Assembly (NCBI GenBank): GCA_907165135.1
Contig: OU015567.1
Coordinates: forward strand, 15,376,001 to 15,440,000
Length of the DNA: 64,000 nucleotides
Source of the DNA: Oikopleura dioica
Lineage: Eukaryota; Animalia; Chordata
Reading direction: 5' to 3'
How positions within the stretch are numbered: position 1 is the first letter of the stretch; every line of letters begins with the position of its first letter. Shown piece by piece: positions 1-12,475 of this stretch. The position numbers were made by a program, and so were the translations under genes. The notes beneath the pieces were generated by a model. It saw only the letters and a list, made by a program, of their open reading frames with translations, had not been told where the DNA came from and searched no databases.

Positions 1-163
1 TACTCGTACTGCTCTCCATTCTCTTACACTGTTTTTACGCTGGTGAGAGGTCGGTTGTCCTCTGTCTGTTCCGCAAGCTATTAAATATGGCTGATATTTA
101 TTCTCTTCGAAATTCATAAATAGACGAAAACCTGCCTATCTTGACAACTTGATTATTTGAAGA

Positions 164-2824
164 ATGGGTAAAAATGCGGTGGCAAAGGGGAAAATTGCGA
201 ATAAATTAGCCTCCAAGAAAAACAAAAACCTTCTAAAAGGATCCAACAAGAAAATCCTTGACAAGACGAAAGGTATCGGTGCGAAAGAAACACCCTACAA
301 TGGACCAAATAAGAAAGTAAAAAGCCTGAAAAATGAGAAGAAAAAGGGGGCACAGAAAATTGTCGAAATGGCAAAACCAAAAGAAGAAGAAGAACTTGTG
401 CTGCCTGATGCGGATATGATTGATTCTGACCAAGGTATTAAACGATCCGGAACATCTTTTTAATTATGTTTTAGACTCTGATAACGACATGGCTTTCTTG
501 GACAGCGTGGCGAATAGCAAACAGATCGCCAAGTTACAGAAAGAACGAAAACGACAGCTTGAAAATATTGGCGAGGACTTTGAAACCGGCAAAAGAAGCT
601 TCGGAGACGAGAAGGAAGATCCTAAGAAGAAGCGAATGTTGCCTGTTTTAAATGCAGAGGGAGACGTAGAAGAGAGATTCAAAGATGTTGATCACGTCCG
701 ACTCATGGACGAAGAGACGGATAGCGAGGAAGAAGAAGAAACAAAGCCTGATGGAAGTAAAAACTTACGATGGAAGAAGTTCTTGAGCTCCAGAAAAAGC
801 AGGCGGAGGAGTGGGAGCAGAGATTGGCCAGTATTGCCAACAGAACACTGTCGAATCCAGAGCAACACGCTCATGCTGCTCTTAGATTGGTCATTAAAGC
901 GCTTCACTTTGATGGAGACCACCAGTATCTTCCGATTAAAATCCGTCAAATGGCCATTCTTACAGCAGGTTAGGCAATTGTAGCGCCTTCGTATGTGACT
1001 AAATATTTTTAGGAGCTGTTTTGACGGATATTCTTCCCTCCTACCGAATCCGAAAGCTGACTGAAGAAGAAAAGAACGAAAAAGTGAAGAAAGATATCCG
1101 CGCGCTAAGAAACTACGAGCAAGGACTTTTGGAATACTACCAGAAATTTCTGAAGCGAATGGAGTACTTCCTCATGCTTTATAAATCGCCTGGAATGTTG
1201 AAGAGAAAAACTGGTGTCCGAAATAGACGTAATTTTGTGGAGGCAGATCCGCTGGAAATTATTTCCAAGCCCGCTAGAGTCGTTATTGCTCGATCAGGAA
1301 ACGATTAAGACATTTTAGTCGGAGTCCCATTTTTAGATCAAATTTCATATCGCTAGAAAAGTTATCAAAGTCATGTCCAAGCTGATGGTCTCAACTCTTC
1401 AATTCAACTTCAACGAAAACATTATCGAAACGCTAATTCCATACATCAACGATACTGACGAAACCATCGGTGAACTCGTTCAAGAAGGAATAGTCGACTT
1501 ACTGAAGACTGACAGGACATCTGAAAAAGTCCTGCTTGTAATTCGAAAACTCGCAGCTGTTGTTAGGTAATCATTAGTTTGCAATCATGGAGGAAAACTT
1601 ATTTTTCGCTAGATCAAAAGGTCAAAAACTGATCCTCGCGTGATGGAATGTCTCTTGCACTTGAAAATCAAGCAAGTTGAAAATCGACAAGGAAAAGACC
1701 ACCGAGACAAAGAAAGAAACAAAATCGACAGAAAAAATGTGTCCAGAGCGCAGAACAAGCAGCGAAAGCGAGAAGCGAAGCTACAAATTGAATTGAAAGA
1801 AACTGAGGCTGTGGAGAACCAAAAAGATCGACTCTACTTCAACTCGCAAGCAATCGAGGCGGTGTTTGGAATATTTTTCAGGATTCTGAAGTCTATCAGA
1901 TGCTCGAAGGTAAAAATAATTAATCAAATTTGAGAGTTAGCTCTTTTTAGCTTTTATCCCCAACATTGATCGGAATCGGCAAATACGGGCATCTTATCAA
2001 CTTGGATTTAATCGGTCCTTTGCTTGGGTTGCTCACTGATTTCATGTCCGACACAAGCGTGATCGTTGCCAACCGTCTCAAATGCGCTAGGTCTGCTTGT
2101 GCCCTTCTCTCTGGTGAAGGAGAAGGTAACTAGTGCTTCTTACGATCTCGTTATCATTATTAATGAAAGATCTTCTCGTGGATCCAAAACAACTCTACCT
2201 CTATTCTTACCGAATTTTGGACACGATCACGATCGAATCAAAGGACAAGGCGAAAGAATTAGGCGACCCATGGCCTGCGCTCTTCGACGTTCTCCATGCA
2301 CTCTTGATCGAAAGAAAAAGTCAACTTACTAATGGAAGAGTTAATGCTTTCCTCCACAGGTGAGTTTCTCTATTAAAAACCGCGGCTTACAGTTTATTGA
2401 AGAATTATGACAACAGCAGAACGACTGACGAAAAAGCACCAGCAAGAGTCGACGGCTTACGTTTTGGGTCTTTTGCTCATCGTTAGGGCAATAATGATCA
2501 GCCACAGGTAACGAGGCTTTATTAAATTGCTGATAAGTCAAAAATATAAGATGCGCTGCGAGCTGTTTCGACGACGAGGCCGAGCAGAGTTCCCTTCCAG
2601 TCGATAAGCTCGACCCAGATTTGGTCGTTGCCAACAGAGTAGCCTGCACGAAAGAATTGGAAGAAGTAAAGAAGCATCCCAACAAACTCGTCGAGATCCT
2701 AGTCAAGCACATTGAAGCTGGAGCTCCGAGCAACGTTGCACTGCCGAGAAATATGGCGAGAAAGCCACCGACTGTTATTTATAGAGAGACAAAGTATGGT
2801 CAGTTCAAGGACAGAAAGAAATGA
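164..2824 (+). CDS. NOC3L: Nucleolar complex protein 3 homolog, multi-exon
   Basis: Lys-rich N-terminus; YEQGLLEYYQKFL, LQFNFNENII and LLHLKIKQV..R.E.KL..ELKETEA segments match the NOC3/CBF-Mak21 family. Short GT-AG introns join the ORF pieces; one apparent -1 homopolymer frameshift at 759-763. Confidence 0.9.
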
Positions 2825-3342
2825 ATAAATATCGAATGTACTTTATTTATTGAATTGCTCAGAATATCGTACTCAGTGAGTACTACTCATCAATTTTGAA
2901 CAATTCTTCGACCTTTTTCTAGCTCTCTGCACTATCCAATAAAAATATCAAGTAAAGTAAGACTCCAAGTTAAAATGTTCACTTCTGTTGAATTTGAACT
3001 ATTCGAGCAGAATAATATTTATATATAGAGAGGGTCAAGGTTTTGCACTTTGAGCAGAATCCAATGCTACAATCATGACTTTTTTTAAATCTGCGCTTTA
3101 ACGGTATAACGAGGCGAGGAGGCATGGAGAGATAAATCTTTACGACCGAAGATAATTCGCACAAAAACAGTTAAGCAAGTCTTCAAGTTTAGTAATTAGC
3201 GCAAAATAATTTGTATCTCAGTTTTTACCATATTTTTGGAAAGCTTAAATTCATGACATTTACTATTCTTAGAAAATGTTAACAAATGATTAAAGGGAGA
3301 GATTGGACCGGGCCATTCTAGTCTAGTCTTGTTTTATTAGGG

Positions 3343-5187
3343 ATGGCGCAGACGGAAAAGCCTTTATCTTACTCGGATGACAAACTAAAGAGATGCTAAA
3401 AAGAGAGACATTTTCATAAGAATAAGAAAAAGCTAGAATTTAACAAGCGGCGCCATAGATTCAAGTAGGTACAAAAAATAAGAGATATTTTTTGTAAGAA
3501 ATCTTTCCTGTTGATTTTCATCGAGTTGTCCAGGCAAATAATTGGAGATATGTTTCAAAAGTAGCATCTTATCTTTATCAAACTTTGTCCGATTACTTCT
3601 ATAGATGAGATAAGCTTCTAATTCCCGAAGTAGAAAGAAGAAAAAGCCGATTATGAAATCAGCAGAGAGTAAAGCTTTGTGTTCTATGTTTTATTATTCT
3701 ATAAAGATCTTCTCTTATTTGCATTTTTCACATTTCTTACAAGATTCGCAAGATAGAACATTCTTTAGTTCGCATAGAGGCGACCTTATTTCGAGAATGG
3801 AAAGAAGAATAATTGTTTCGATTGCACTAGCAGTCCTTGGCTTCTGTGCCGTTTTCTTTCCAAGTAATTTTTTCTGAAACCAAAAATAATTACCAAACAG
3901 AGTTTTCTTTCTCTTTTTGACACAATGGCCATAATAAGCATGATTAACCAGCTTGTGGCGATAATTTTGGCAGATTAGACGGCCTATTACAGTTTCATTC
4001 AAAAATATTTTTTCCAGCTCAGACTTTGACTTTGTAAAAAAATCAGAGATTCGGGTCAGATTATAACATCACGGCCAAAGCCCGAAATAAGATAAGAATA
4101 TCATTCCCATTTCCAAGTCCATATATTAAAAAGTCATTCAGCGTATTATATCACGAGAAATAAATATTCAACAACGACTACAACTACCACCACCACAACG
4201 ACAACAACAACGACTACGACCACGACAACAACCACAAGTACAACCATGACAACGACTAGCACCATCAAACCGACCCTCATGCCTGATATTCTACCAGAAG
4301 GGCTGAGTTCTTGTTCTCTCGCCGATAACTATCCACAGCTTTATAACAGCTCAGAGCACAATTTGAAAATTTTGAACGGAGAGACGGTCAATGGAACAGA
4401 TTGGCCCTGGATAGCAAGGTAAAAAAGGTTCATCTTTCTTCTCATAAGTGCTAGAATTCAACGACAATCTGATGGGTACTTGTGTGCCGGAACAGTCATT
4501 CATCCCAATTTCGTCCTTACAAGTAGCGAGTGCTGCAGAACCTTCCCAATGAATGTCACGTTTTCAAGCACTTCAATAACTGTTGATGAAGGTAAGGTTT
4601 CTTTTTGCTTCGTGAGGTCTATTTTCAGATTCTCAATACACACTGAATCCGAACGGAATGATGATGCAGTACATTTGTATGCTGCATTTCAAGGAAGACA
4701 TCTTATGGAATGGAACGGACACTTCTTACACAAAGATGCCGTGTATGCCTCAAGAACCGATTGTTGCCGACAACCAGGAATGCTGGATCGGCGGCTGGGG
4801 CTCGACTGCAGTCATTGGTACTCCAAGCGATGAGCTGAGGTCTCGAGGAGTCAGACTCGATAACGGAACGGAGTGCCAAGATCAAGCTTTTACAAGTGGG
4901 CCGAAGCATGCATCGATGGGGAATGGTCCGATGGTTATTCAATTCGTCACGAGTCTCCGTCTTGTTCAAATGATATTGGTCTGATTCTGTCTAATTGCAA
5001 AGCTTATTTCTTTCTAGGAGGCCCAGTTATTTGTCCTATGGATGGAAAAGCAGTTCTGGCCGGTGTGATGGGTCCTGGAGGTTGTGGTGTTTGGGGAAGA
5101 AAGAGTCTCTACTGGGATGTTTATTCGCAAATGAATACGATCATCGAGACGTTCAAAGAGTTCAACAATACTCTACCGACAATTTAG
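3343..5187 (+). CDS. Type II membrane trypsin-like serine protease homolog with Thr-rich stalk, catalytically dead
   Basis: TM exon (RIIVSIALAVLGFCAVFFP), poly-Thr stalk, activation-like ILNGETVNGTDWPWIAR, CAGTVIHPNFVLTSSEC, CWIGGWG, GGPVIC. The 5' start at 3343 is tentative. Confidence 0.75.
4171..4263 (+). repeat. (ACN)n poly-Thr mucin-like coding repeat
   Basis: About 30 mostly Thr codons in frame inside the protease-like gene. Confidence 0.85.
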
Positions 5188-6546
5188 AGAAAAATTAAAG
5201 TCTGAACTGTCTAAAAATGACAAAATAATAAATTTTATAATTGATCATTTTAAAAAATGGAGTAAAAACCATGGCCGAGTTCTTCGGTGCTTTGATTTTG
5301 GGTTGATTTTGAACCCTATCTTAGAATTTGAAGGCTGATCCTGTGGTCGCACGTCGGCATCGGAAAAGGTTTCATAAGAAATGTATATTTTCGGAGATAG
5401 CGCGGCGCGATCAAAGTCAGCCCGTTGTCGCGAAATTTGAGGAAGCTCCTTTAGCGAAAATCCCCTTGAGTGACACCAGCTGGAATGACCGGGGCGACGA
5501 GCATTTCCTCATTTATCATAAACTTGGCGCCTCTTCAAAAAGCTTCTCGTTTGAGAGGGGTTTACTCTTATCCACAGGAATAATGACTCTTTCATCAACA
5601 GAACTCTTGAGGATTCTCCTGCTCGTAATCGCCCCATCAGTCCAGCTTATCCACCCACTCGGCAATCTTTTGCGCGATCTTTTCGCCTCTCCCCAAATCT
5701 GTTTGCTTTTCGTCCTCTTCGACCCTTGTCTATCTCCGTGAGATTCCCATAATGGGGATTATTGGCGAATCTGAGTAAACGCGCGCACACCTGAGTGCTC
5801 ACTGTTCCTACTTCACGAGTACAACTTGAGACGGATTCGATTTGCCAATGGATACTTGAACACTGACCTGCCAAGAGCCTCGTAAAATAATATTATGAGA
5901 ACGGAAAAACAATCTTTATCCGCGATTTTCATCGATTTTGAGTTTGCTTTTCCAAATTTCGCTCGACAAATCTAATGATGAAAAAGTTGTTCGTCTTGAT
6001 TTTTGATTATTTGGTTGAATTTGGCCGTAATCAATCACATTATCGCGTATCCGAAATTTCTAGTGCCAATAAGGTCAGCTCTTCTTTTTCGCATTTGTTT
6101 CTGTTTTTGGTTACCGTCCGGTTTCCGGCGAAAGAGAGAAGAGCGAGTGTCGAGTATTTTCGCGAAAACAATATTTTCTCAAGTTTTTAAACTTTTCCGC
6201 GACATGCGCAAAAATATTAATCGATTTCGTTTTACATGCTTCCGGCATACGCACTCAAGGGTTGAAGAAGGCGAATTTTGAAGAAGCAAAAACATTTTTT
6301 TTTTTCTAAAATTTAACGGTCCGTCAAAAGGAAATGATGGATCCCCGGAGCTCTGGAATGCTCAGAACGGAAGTGAACCTTTCCTAATTAAGGAAAAGTC
6401 CCAATTTGAATTCCAAGAAATTTTACCGTCAAATATTTCTCTTCTATGATTTCATCGGTGTTTTCTTTTTCTATGAAATGTCTTTTTTTATTAGCTGCAC
6501 TGGTGGAAATTCTATAAAACTGACGCCCTGGAAATAGAATGGTATA

Positions 6547-7087
6547 GGGAGCGCGTCTTTTCAGGCGTTTTTGCGATTTGCATCCTTTAAGGCGTTGCGT
6601 CTTTTCAGGCACTGCGTCTGTTAAGGCGCTGAAAAATGGCTAGTAAAATTCTGATATCAAGTAGGGTCTGCTAGATTTCCTCGATTGTTACTTTCCTTGA
6701 AATTGTTCTTATTTCAATCTCAAGTTTTATTTCAAATTTTGTCTGAAAAATTTAGTAAAATTATAATGTCGAATTATAATTTTTCTTAATAATAAGTTTA
6801 TTCTATCACGAAAAACTTCAAATTCAATTATAAATCTGCGGTCCAGGTTGACATGCTTAATATAATAACAGTAATTGAGTATAAATTTCTTTTCTTATGA
6901 AAATGTTAACCCTAACACTAACTCTAAGAATTGGGAAGGTAATGGTTAATCAAGGAAGTCTAGCAGACCCTACTTGATATCATAATTCCACTAGTCATTT
7001 TTCAGCGCCTTAACAGACGCAGTGCCTGAAAAGACGCAACGCCTAAAAGGATGCAAATCGCAAAAACGCCTGAACAGACGCGCTCCC
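6547..7087. mobile_element. Mutator-like MITE with ~135-bp TIRs
   Basis: GGGAGCGCGTC...GACGCGCTCCC long inverted ends; perfect 9-bp TSD AATGGTATA at 6538-6546 and 7088-7096. Confidence 0.9.
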
Positions 7088-7439
7088 AATGGTATACATT
7101 CCATAAGCCCTCTTTGTTTATTTGCAACGCCTGAAACCTGGCGCATTATTTATCAACGTCTAATTTTTCACACTTGGGAAAAACTTGACAAAAATAAAGC
7201 ATTATTGTGGCCATTGTTGGACGCTGTTTGAAATGAAGTCGTGTGAGAACGCACTCTGAGTGAGTTGATTCTTTTCAAAACATCAAAAAGACTTTGAAAA
7301 TTTCAAACGAAATTTCATAAAGGCTCAAGGGGTTGCTTCCCTTTTCAACACATCTCATCGCTCAAAAGCGGATGTCCACTTTTTTGACAAAAGATGGATT
7401 TATAGCTAAATAGTGGATTTTGCCTACTTCAAGCTCAAT

Positions 7440-7646
7440 CTGGGCTCAGCAACCTGTGTTAAAACCTGACTCAGGATTTTGAAAGAGATAAGCGAAAAGC
7501 CGCGCAGCGGCTTTTTCTTCAATAAAGCCGCGAAGCGACTTGGCTCAAATTTTAAATAGGTTACAATTATAACTTTGAAGAAGCCGCTTCGCGGCTTTGT
7601 TCTTTAAAAAGCCGCTACGCGGATTTCAGTTAGGCTTTTCAAAATC
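7440..7646. mobile_element. MITE family A, degraded copy
   Basis: Left TIR CTGGGCTCAGCAACCTGTGTTAAAACCTGACTCAGG plus internal AAGCCGC..GCGGCTT palindromes; right TIR decayed. Confidence 0.7.
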
Positions 7647-7984
7647 AAGAACTCAATTTTTTACTCAAGAAGCTCTGATAAATGAGTGATCAGCAGACAA
7701 TTATGCAAATTTGAAATTTCGCTATTATTATGTCAGCCGCGTTTCAAGCCAAAAAGCGCCCGTTTCAAAGCCAGCCCTCCATAAATTATTTCTGCAGCGG
7801 AAGATGAAAGAGCAAAAAGCGCGTTGATTATTTTTCTTCAAATCGCTGAACTGTGCCTAAATACGCGCAAAATGTAGACTTCTTGCTCAAAAATTGTGAT
7901 AAACAAAAAATCAAAAGGCGGCGAGAAGGGATGATTTAGGGCATTGTTACCTAAGAAAATAGAAACAGTTCAATCTATTGGAAA

Positions 7985-8149
7985 CTGAGCTCGGCAACCT
8001 GTGTTGAAAACCTGAGTCAGGGTTCGAAAAAACTAAATATGATAGATTCAAATGGTTTTTGGCGAACCCGCTTTGCGGCTTCGTTTTAAGAAAAGCCGCT
8101 GCGCGGCTTTCATTCAATCCTCTTTTCAAACCCTGACTCAGGTTTTCTA
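7985..8149. mobile_element. MITE family A copy, right end truncated
   Basis: CTGAGCTCGGCAACCTGTGTTGAAAACCTGAGTCAGG...CCTGACTCAGGTTTTCTAC. Confidence 0.8.
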
Positions 8150-8619
8150 CGATTTGGGAATCTTATAATTTTGATTGAAATTTTCAATTTTGAAAGTGTC
8201 AAAATATCCGCTCTTAGTTCCAATTATTAATAACAAGGAAATCAGCTGTTTAGGCAACTTCAGACTTCCTTATCTAATTTATTTTCCGATTTCGCCGCCG
8301 CTAATCCGTCAAAATGCGCCGCCCGTTCTGCAGCTTTCGAACAACAATTTTCCCAGCGGGAAGCTGAACATGCTTACTCCAATTTGATAAACTCGATCAT
8401 CAAGCAATAAGTCGCCCCAATCTGACAAATGCGAGGGTTTCATTTTGAAAATTTGAACAAGCCCAAATTCTCCACGGCGGGCCTCTTGACCGCAGCGGTC
8501 TTGTAAATTTTCATTGTTGGGCTCCACGCTGATTTTAGGCAGAAAATTCCATTTGCTCAGCCTAAATAAAGACGGATTCTTTTACTGTCAATCTACACGC
8601 TCTGTCGTCATTTGTTATA

Positions 8620-8745
8620 CTTGGCCCGGCGACCTGTGTTAAAAACCTGCGTCAGGGTCTGAAGAGATTAAATGAAAAGTCGCTAGGCTTATTTTTGGGT
8701 TTCAGAACCTGACTCAGGTTTTTTTACACAGGTTGCCGAGTCCAG
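8620..8745. mobile_element. MITE family A copy
   Basis: Both TIRs present; flanks TTGTTATA/TTGTAAAA (6/8 TSD). Confidence 0.8.
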
Positions 8746-9526
8746 TTGTAAAAGTTTGAATCGATTTTCGTCCAAAAAACAAGTGAAAATACATTGTATC
8801 TTTGAAGCTATCAATTAGTGGCAAATGCACCAATAGTCAATAAGCTAATCTCATTCGGGTCCATCCGTTGGCAAGCTGCCAGCGCCCGGCCAGCCCGTGC
8901 TAAGCTCATTTTCACCTCCCTTTCATCAGTGTACTTTTTCATCCCCTGTGTCGATAATTTCATTTTCCAAATCGTCGCGGTTCCCTTCACGTGACTTCCA
9001 CTTTTTGGCACTTGAAAAAAGAACAAATTAATCCCCCTTGGCTTTTTATAAATAGAGAATTTGTATACTATCGAGTTGATCCCCTTAACTCTGTGGGATC
9101 CATCCCACTTGTCCTAATTTGTCGCGATAACCAGTTTCATCCTTGAACCAACAAAAAAGTGTGTTTCCTAAACTCGCCTTGCTTTTCAGTTGCAGTTGAC
9201 CTAATTAGGATCAAGCGCGATCCGCGAGGACCTTTAATTATTAAACAACGCGAAAGTCCGGAAAAACCGCCACTTCCCGGCCAAAACACTTGGATCCGAC
9301 GAACAGAAACAAACATCTTCAAAATTGCGCCACTGTTTGGCATTATCGGCTGGATCTGTTGTCTTTTTTGTAATTGACCGGTTTGGGGTCAGAGGTCAAG
9401 TGTGCTTGTTTCTTCAAGCGGTTTATCATGTGCCCGGGTCAGTAAACCGGCGAAAACAAAAAGATTTCGAACAGAAACGAGTGTACTCTTGTCTGACTCA
9501 GGTTTTTAGACAGGCTCAATTGGTGG

Positions 9527-9746
9527 CTGGGCCAGGCAACCTGAGTAGAAAACCTGAGTCAGGGTTTGAAAGAGCTAAAATGAAGAGCCGCGAAGCGGCT
9601 TCGCCAATAGTCTAAAGACGATTTATTTGGTTTACTTGCGAAGCCGCTTCGCGGCTTCGTTTTAAAAAAAAAGCCGCTACGCGGCTTTTCGTTTTAGCTC
9701 TTTCAAAACCTGACTCAGGACCTGAGTCTCAGGTTGCCGAGCCCAG
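9527..9746. mobile_element. MITE family A copy (hAT-like, 8-bp TSD)
   Basis: CTGGG...CCCAG ends; TSD ATTGGTGG/ATTGGTAG (7/8). An additional right-TIR fragment lies just upstream near 9493-9515. Confidence 0.88.
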
Positions 9747-10131
9747 ATTGGTAGGGAGGTTTTGAGACCGCCTGGGCGGTCTAATCTGTTCTTTTTTGGC
9801 GATTAGGATTTCTCGCTCTAGAACTGAATCTGTTCATACCTTTGTTATCAGTTCCGGAGTGGCGCCTCGATATCATCTGTTTCGGATTTTTGCCCGTCTG
9901 GGCCGGATGTTTCCCGCCACTGACCCCGAAAATCCAAAATAATCCTCCAAAGAGCCATAGAGAGCTCAGCTGGACGGAAATTACAGGAAATTTAGAGGCG
10001 ATTTAGGCACAAAGAGTACTTCAATTGTTTGGAAAAGCTCGAAAATGATCACGTGAAGATGAGGATTAGGGCTTTTCAGTGAGGATCGATTTTCTCGGCA
10101 AACGGGGGAGAGGATACTCATTTAATTCTTC

Positions 10132-10314
10132 CTGGCTTGAAACAACCTGTGTAGAAAACCTGAGTCAGGGTTCAGAAGGAATTTCATGAAAGCCGCGCTG
10201 CGGCTTTTTCAAAGCTAAAGCCGCAAACCGTCTGAACCGTCTAAAAGCCGCGGCTTCCATTTAGGTTCTTTCTGGACCCTGACTCAGGTTTTCAACACAG
10301 GCTATCGAGTCTAA
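10132..10314. mobile_element. MITE family A copy
   Basis: Both TIR cores (AAAACCTGAGTCAGG / CCTGACTCAGGTTTT) and internal palindromes. Confidence 0.8.
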
Positions 10315-10740
10315 TACAGGGTTCCAATTCTGGCTGAGCGCTGAGCGACATCTGAGCGTGAGCGAGCGGTGAGCGAGCGAGCGATCGCTCACGCTCCGCT
10401 CACTCAACTGATTTTCATAGCGAACCGCTCAGTCGCTCGCTCGCTCAAGGCCAAAAAAATATGATAGCTGAGCGAGGTTTGAGCGAGGCTGGAGCGACTT
10501 TGGAGCGAGGTTTGAGCGACGTTGGAGCGAGGTTTGAGCGCCGCTCGAGCGAGGTTTGAGCGACGCTTGAGCGAAGTTTATTACTCACTAGCCAATTCTC
10601 CGCTCTTATTGGCCAAGATCTAAAAACTCCTTGGCGGTAAGCGAATGAATGGGGAGGATTTTAAGTCACGGATTTATTAAAAAAGAGAGAATTTTAAATA
10701 AATTCTGCGAATAATTTTAACATATTGTTGCCAGCAATAT

Positions 10741-11200
10741 ACAGTTGGCGTGTTAGGTCGTTGGGTTTTCCCCGCCGTCTACAACTATTGAGTTGGTAAC
10801 AATAAAAAAATTATTTTCGCTGAAACCCACCGTCCTCAGCCAAACATTTTTTCAAAATTTAGGCTCGACTAAAAAATTGGTTTTGTTAGCTCACAATATC
10901 CAGGTGGCGTGTTAGGTCGTTGGGTTTTCCCCGCCGTCTACATCTGTTGAGTGAGTTAACATATAATATTTTTCGGTCAGCCTGATTTATCATTGATACC
11001 CAAGCCAACCCGATAATTTATTTTTTACGAGTGCTTCCTTAGTTCTTTTTCGATTATTACAGCCATTCAACAGGTTTCTTCAACAATTAGACTAACCTCA
11101 AAAATTGGTTATGTTAACTTTCAATATCCAGTTGGCGTGTTAGGTCGTTGGGTTTTCCCCGCCGTCTACAACTGTTGAGTAGGTTAACATAGAATATTTT
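10741..11200. repeat. Three-unit degenerate tandem repeat with identical 37-bp core
   Basis: GGCGTGTTAGGTCGTTGGGTTTTCCCCGCCGTCTACA at 10747, 10906 and 11134. Confidence 0.9.
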
Positions 11201-11224
11201 ACGGCTAGCCTGATTTTGATTATA

Positions 11225-11582
11225 GGCATGGCTGTTGATTTCGAGTCCTTTGATTTTACCCGGCACTATTTTTCCGGGCAGCCCGCAGATTTTTCAGCGG
11301 GTTACTCGCACGGAGAGTCTTTTCACGGGCTACCCGCGCTATTTGTTTTCTCCTTTCCGCCGAGTAGCTCGCGATTACCTGCAACCCTTTTCCCGAGCCA
11401 ATCAGACGGGCGAATTATCTTCATTCTTGTCGAAATTTTCACGAGTAGCTCGCGATTATCCTTTACCCATTTACTCGATTTACTCGCACGGGTCTCCGCG
11501 CGAGTAACCCGTAGAAAAATTTGCGGGTCGCCCGGAAAAAATGCCAGGTAAAACCAAAGGACTCGAAATCAACAGGCATGAT
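11225..11582. mobile_element. Nested MITE, TA-flanked
   Basis: Inverted ends CTGTTGATTTCGAGTCCTTTG..TTTTACC extend ~110 bp; TATA on both flanks. Confidence 0.8.
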
Positions 11583-11604
11583 TATAGATATAAATTGTAC
11601 CGTA

Positions 11605-12475
11605 TAATCCAGGCTTCTCCCGCATTTCCCAAAATCCCGTATTTCTCAAATCGCCAAATCAGGATAATCCTGAATCCGATTTTCAATAAGGATTTCTGAG
11701 TGAAATCCTGACCCCCTTTTAATAGCTCATTCGAAAGAGCGTAAAAATTACCCAAGAAAAATCCGGAAAATTTTGAAATTGTGTCGAACATGACGTCACA
11801 GCACGTGATTGAAGTTTTAAAAGTACTGGATTTCTCCTACGCCCGCATTTCTAAGTCCTCTTAGCCACCCGGGCGTGTGATACATAAAAATGATCGTCTC
11901 GTTGAGCTCTAGGTCAGCATTTAATTTTCATCCCATTTTACAAATTCTTTCAACCCTTTTTAAATCAGCTGTATGCCGAAAATATTGATTTTGATAAAGA
12001 AAGGTTGAGAAGGTTTGAAACTAAATGCTGACCTTGAGCTCAACAAGACGATCATTTTCATGTATCATACGCCCGGATAGCCAAGAGGACTCATAAATGC
12101 GGGCGTAGGAGAAATCCGGTACTTTGGAACTTTAATCACGTGCAGTGACGTCATTTCCAATAAAACTTCAAGATTTTTTGGGTGTTTTTCGGTTAATTTT
12201 GAGCTCTTTCGAATGAGCTAATAAAAAGAGAGGTCTGAATTTCACTCAGAAATCCTTATTGAAAATCGTTAATTCCGCCGATTCAGGATTTTGGGCAAAC
12301 GGCGACTTTGGCAAATGGAGACCAAACGGACATGAAATTTTAGCTGAATCCTTCATTCCTCAAAATCCTGCTTTTCTCAATCCTCCATTTCCAAAAATCC
12401 TGAATCGGCAGAATTCTGAATTGGCGATTTGAGAAATGCGGGATTTTGGGAAATGCGGGAGCAGCGAGATTGGGC
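11605..12475. mobile_element. Nested foldback element with ~330-bp imperfect arms
   Basis: CTCCCGCATTTCCCAAAATCCCG...AGGTCAGCATTTA is mirrored at ~12020-12460; TA-flanked. Ends approximate. Confidence 0.8.

Noticed and set aside
1272-1356. CGCTAGA direct repeats suggesting a non-canonical NOC3L intron
   Set aside because: A canonical in-frame GT-AG intron (about 1280-1338) explains the junction.
5328-5874. GC-richer segment with ORFs on both strands
   Set aside because: No recognisable domain in any frame; possibly a decayed element.
10747-11170. CRISPR-like look: identical 37-bp repeats with variable spacers
   Set aside because: Spacers are over 120 nt and similar to each other, there are no cas genes and the context is eukaryotic. 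Treated as a tandem repeat.
11928-11940. TCATCCCATTTTT resembles the 5' part of the O. dioica spliced leader as I recall it
   Set aside because: Only 13 nt match, the rest diverges, there is no donor or Sm site, and it sits inside a foldback element. The comparison relies on memory.
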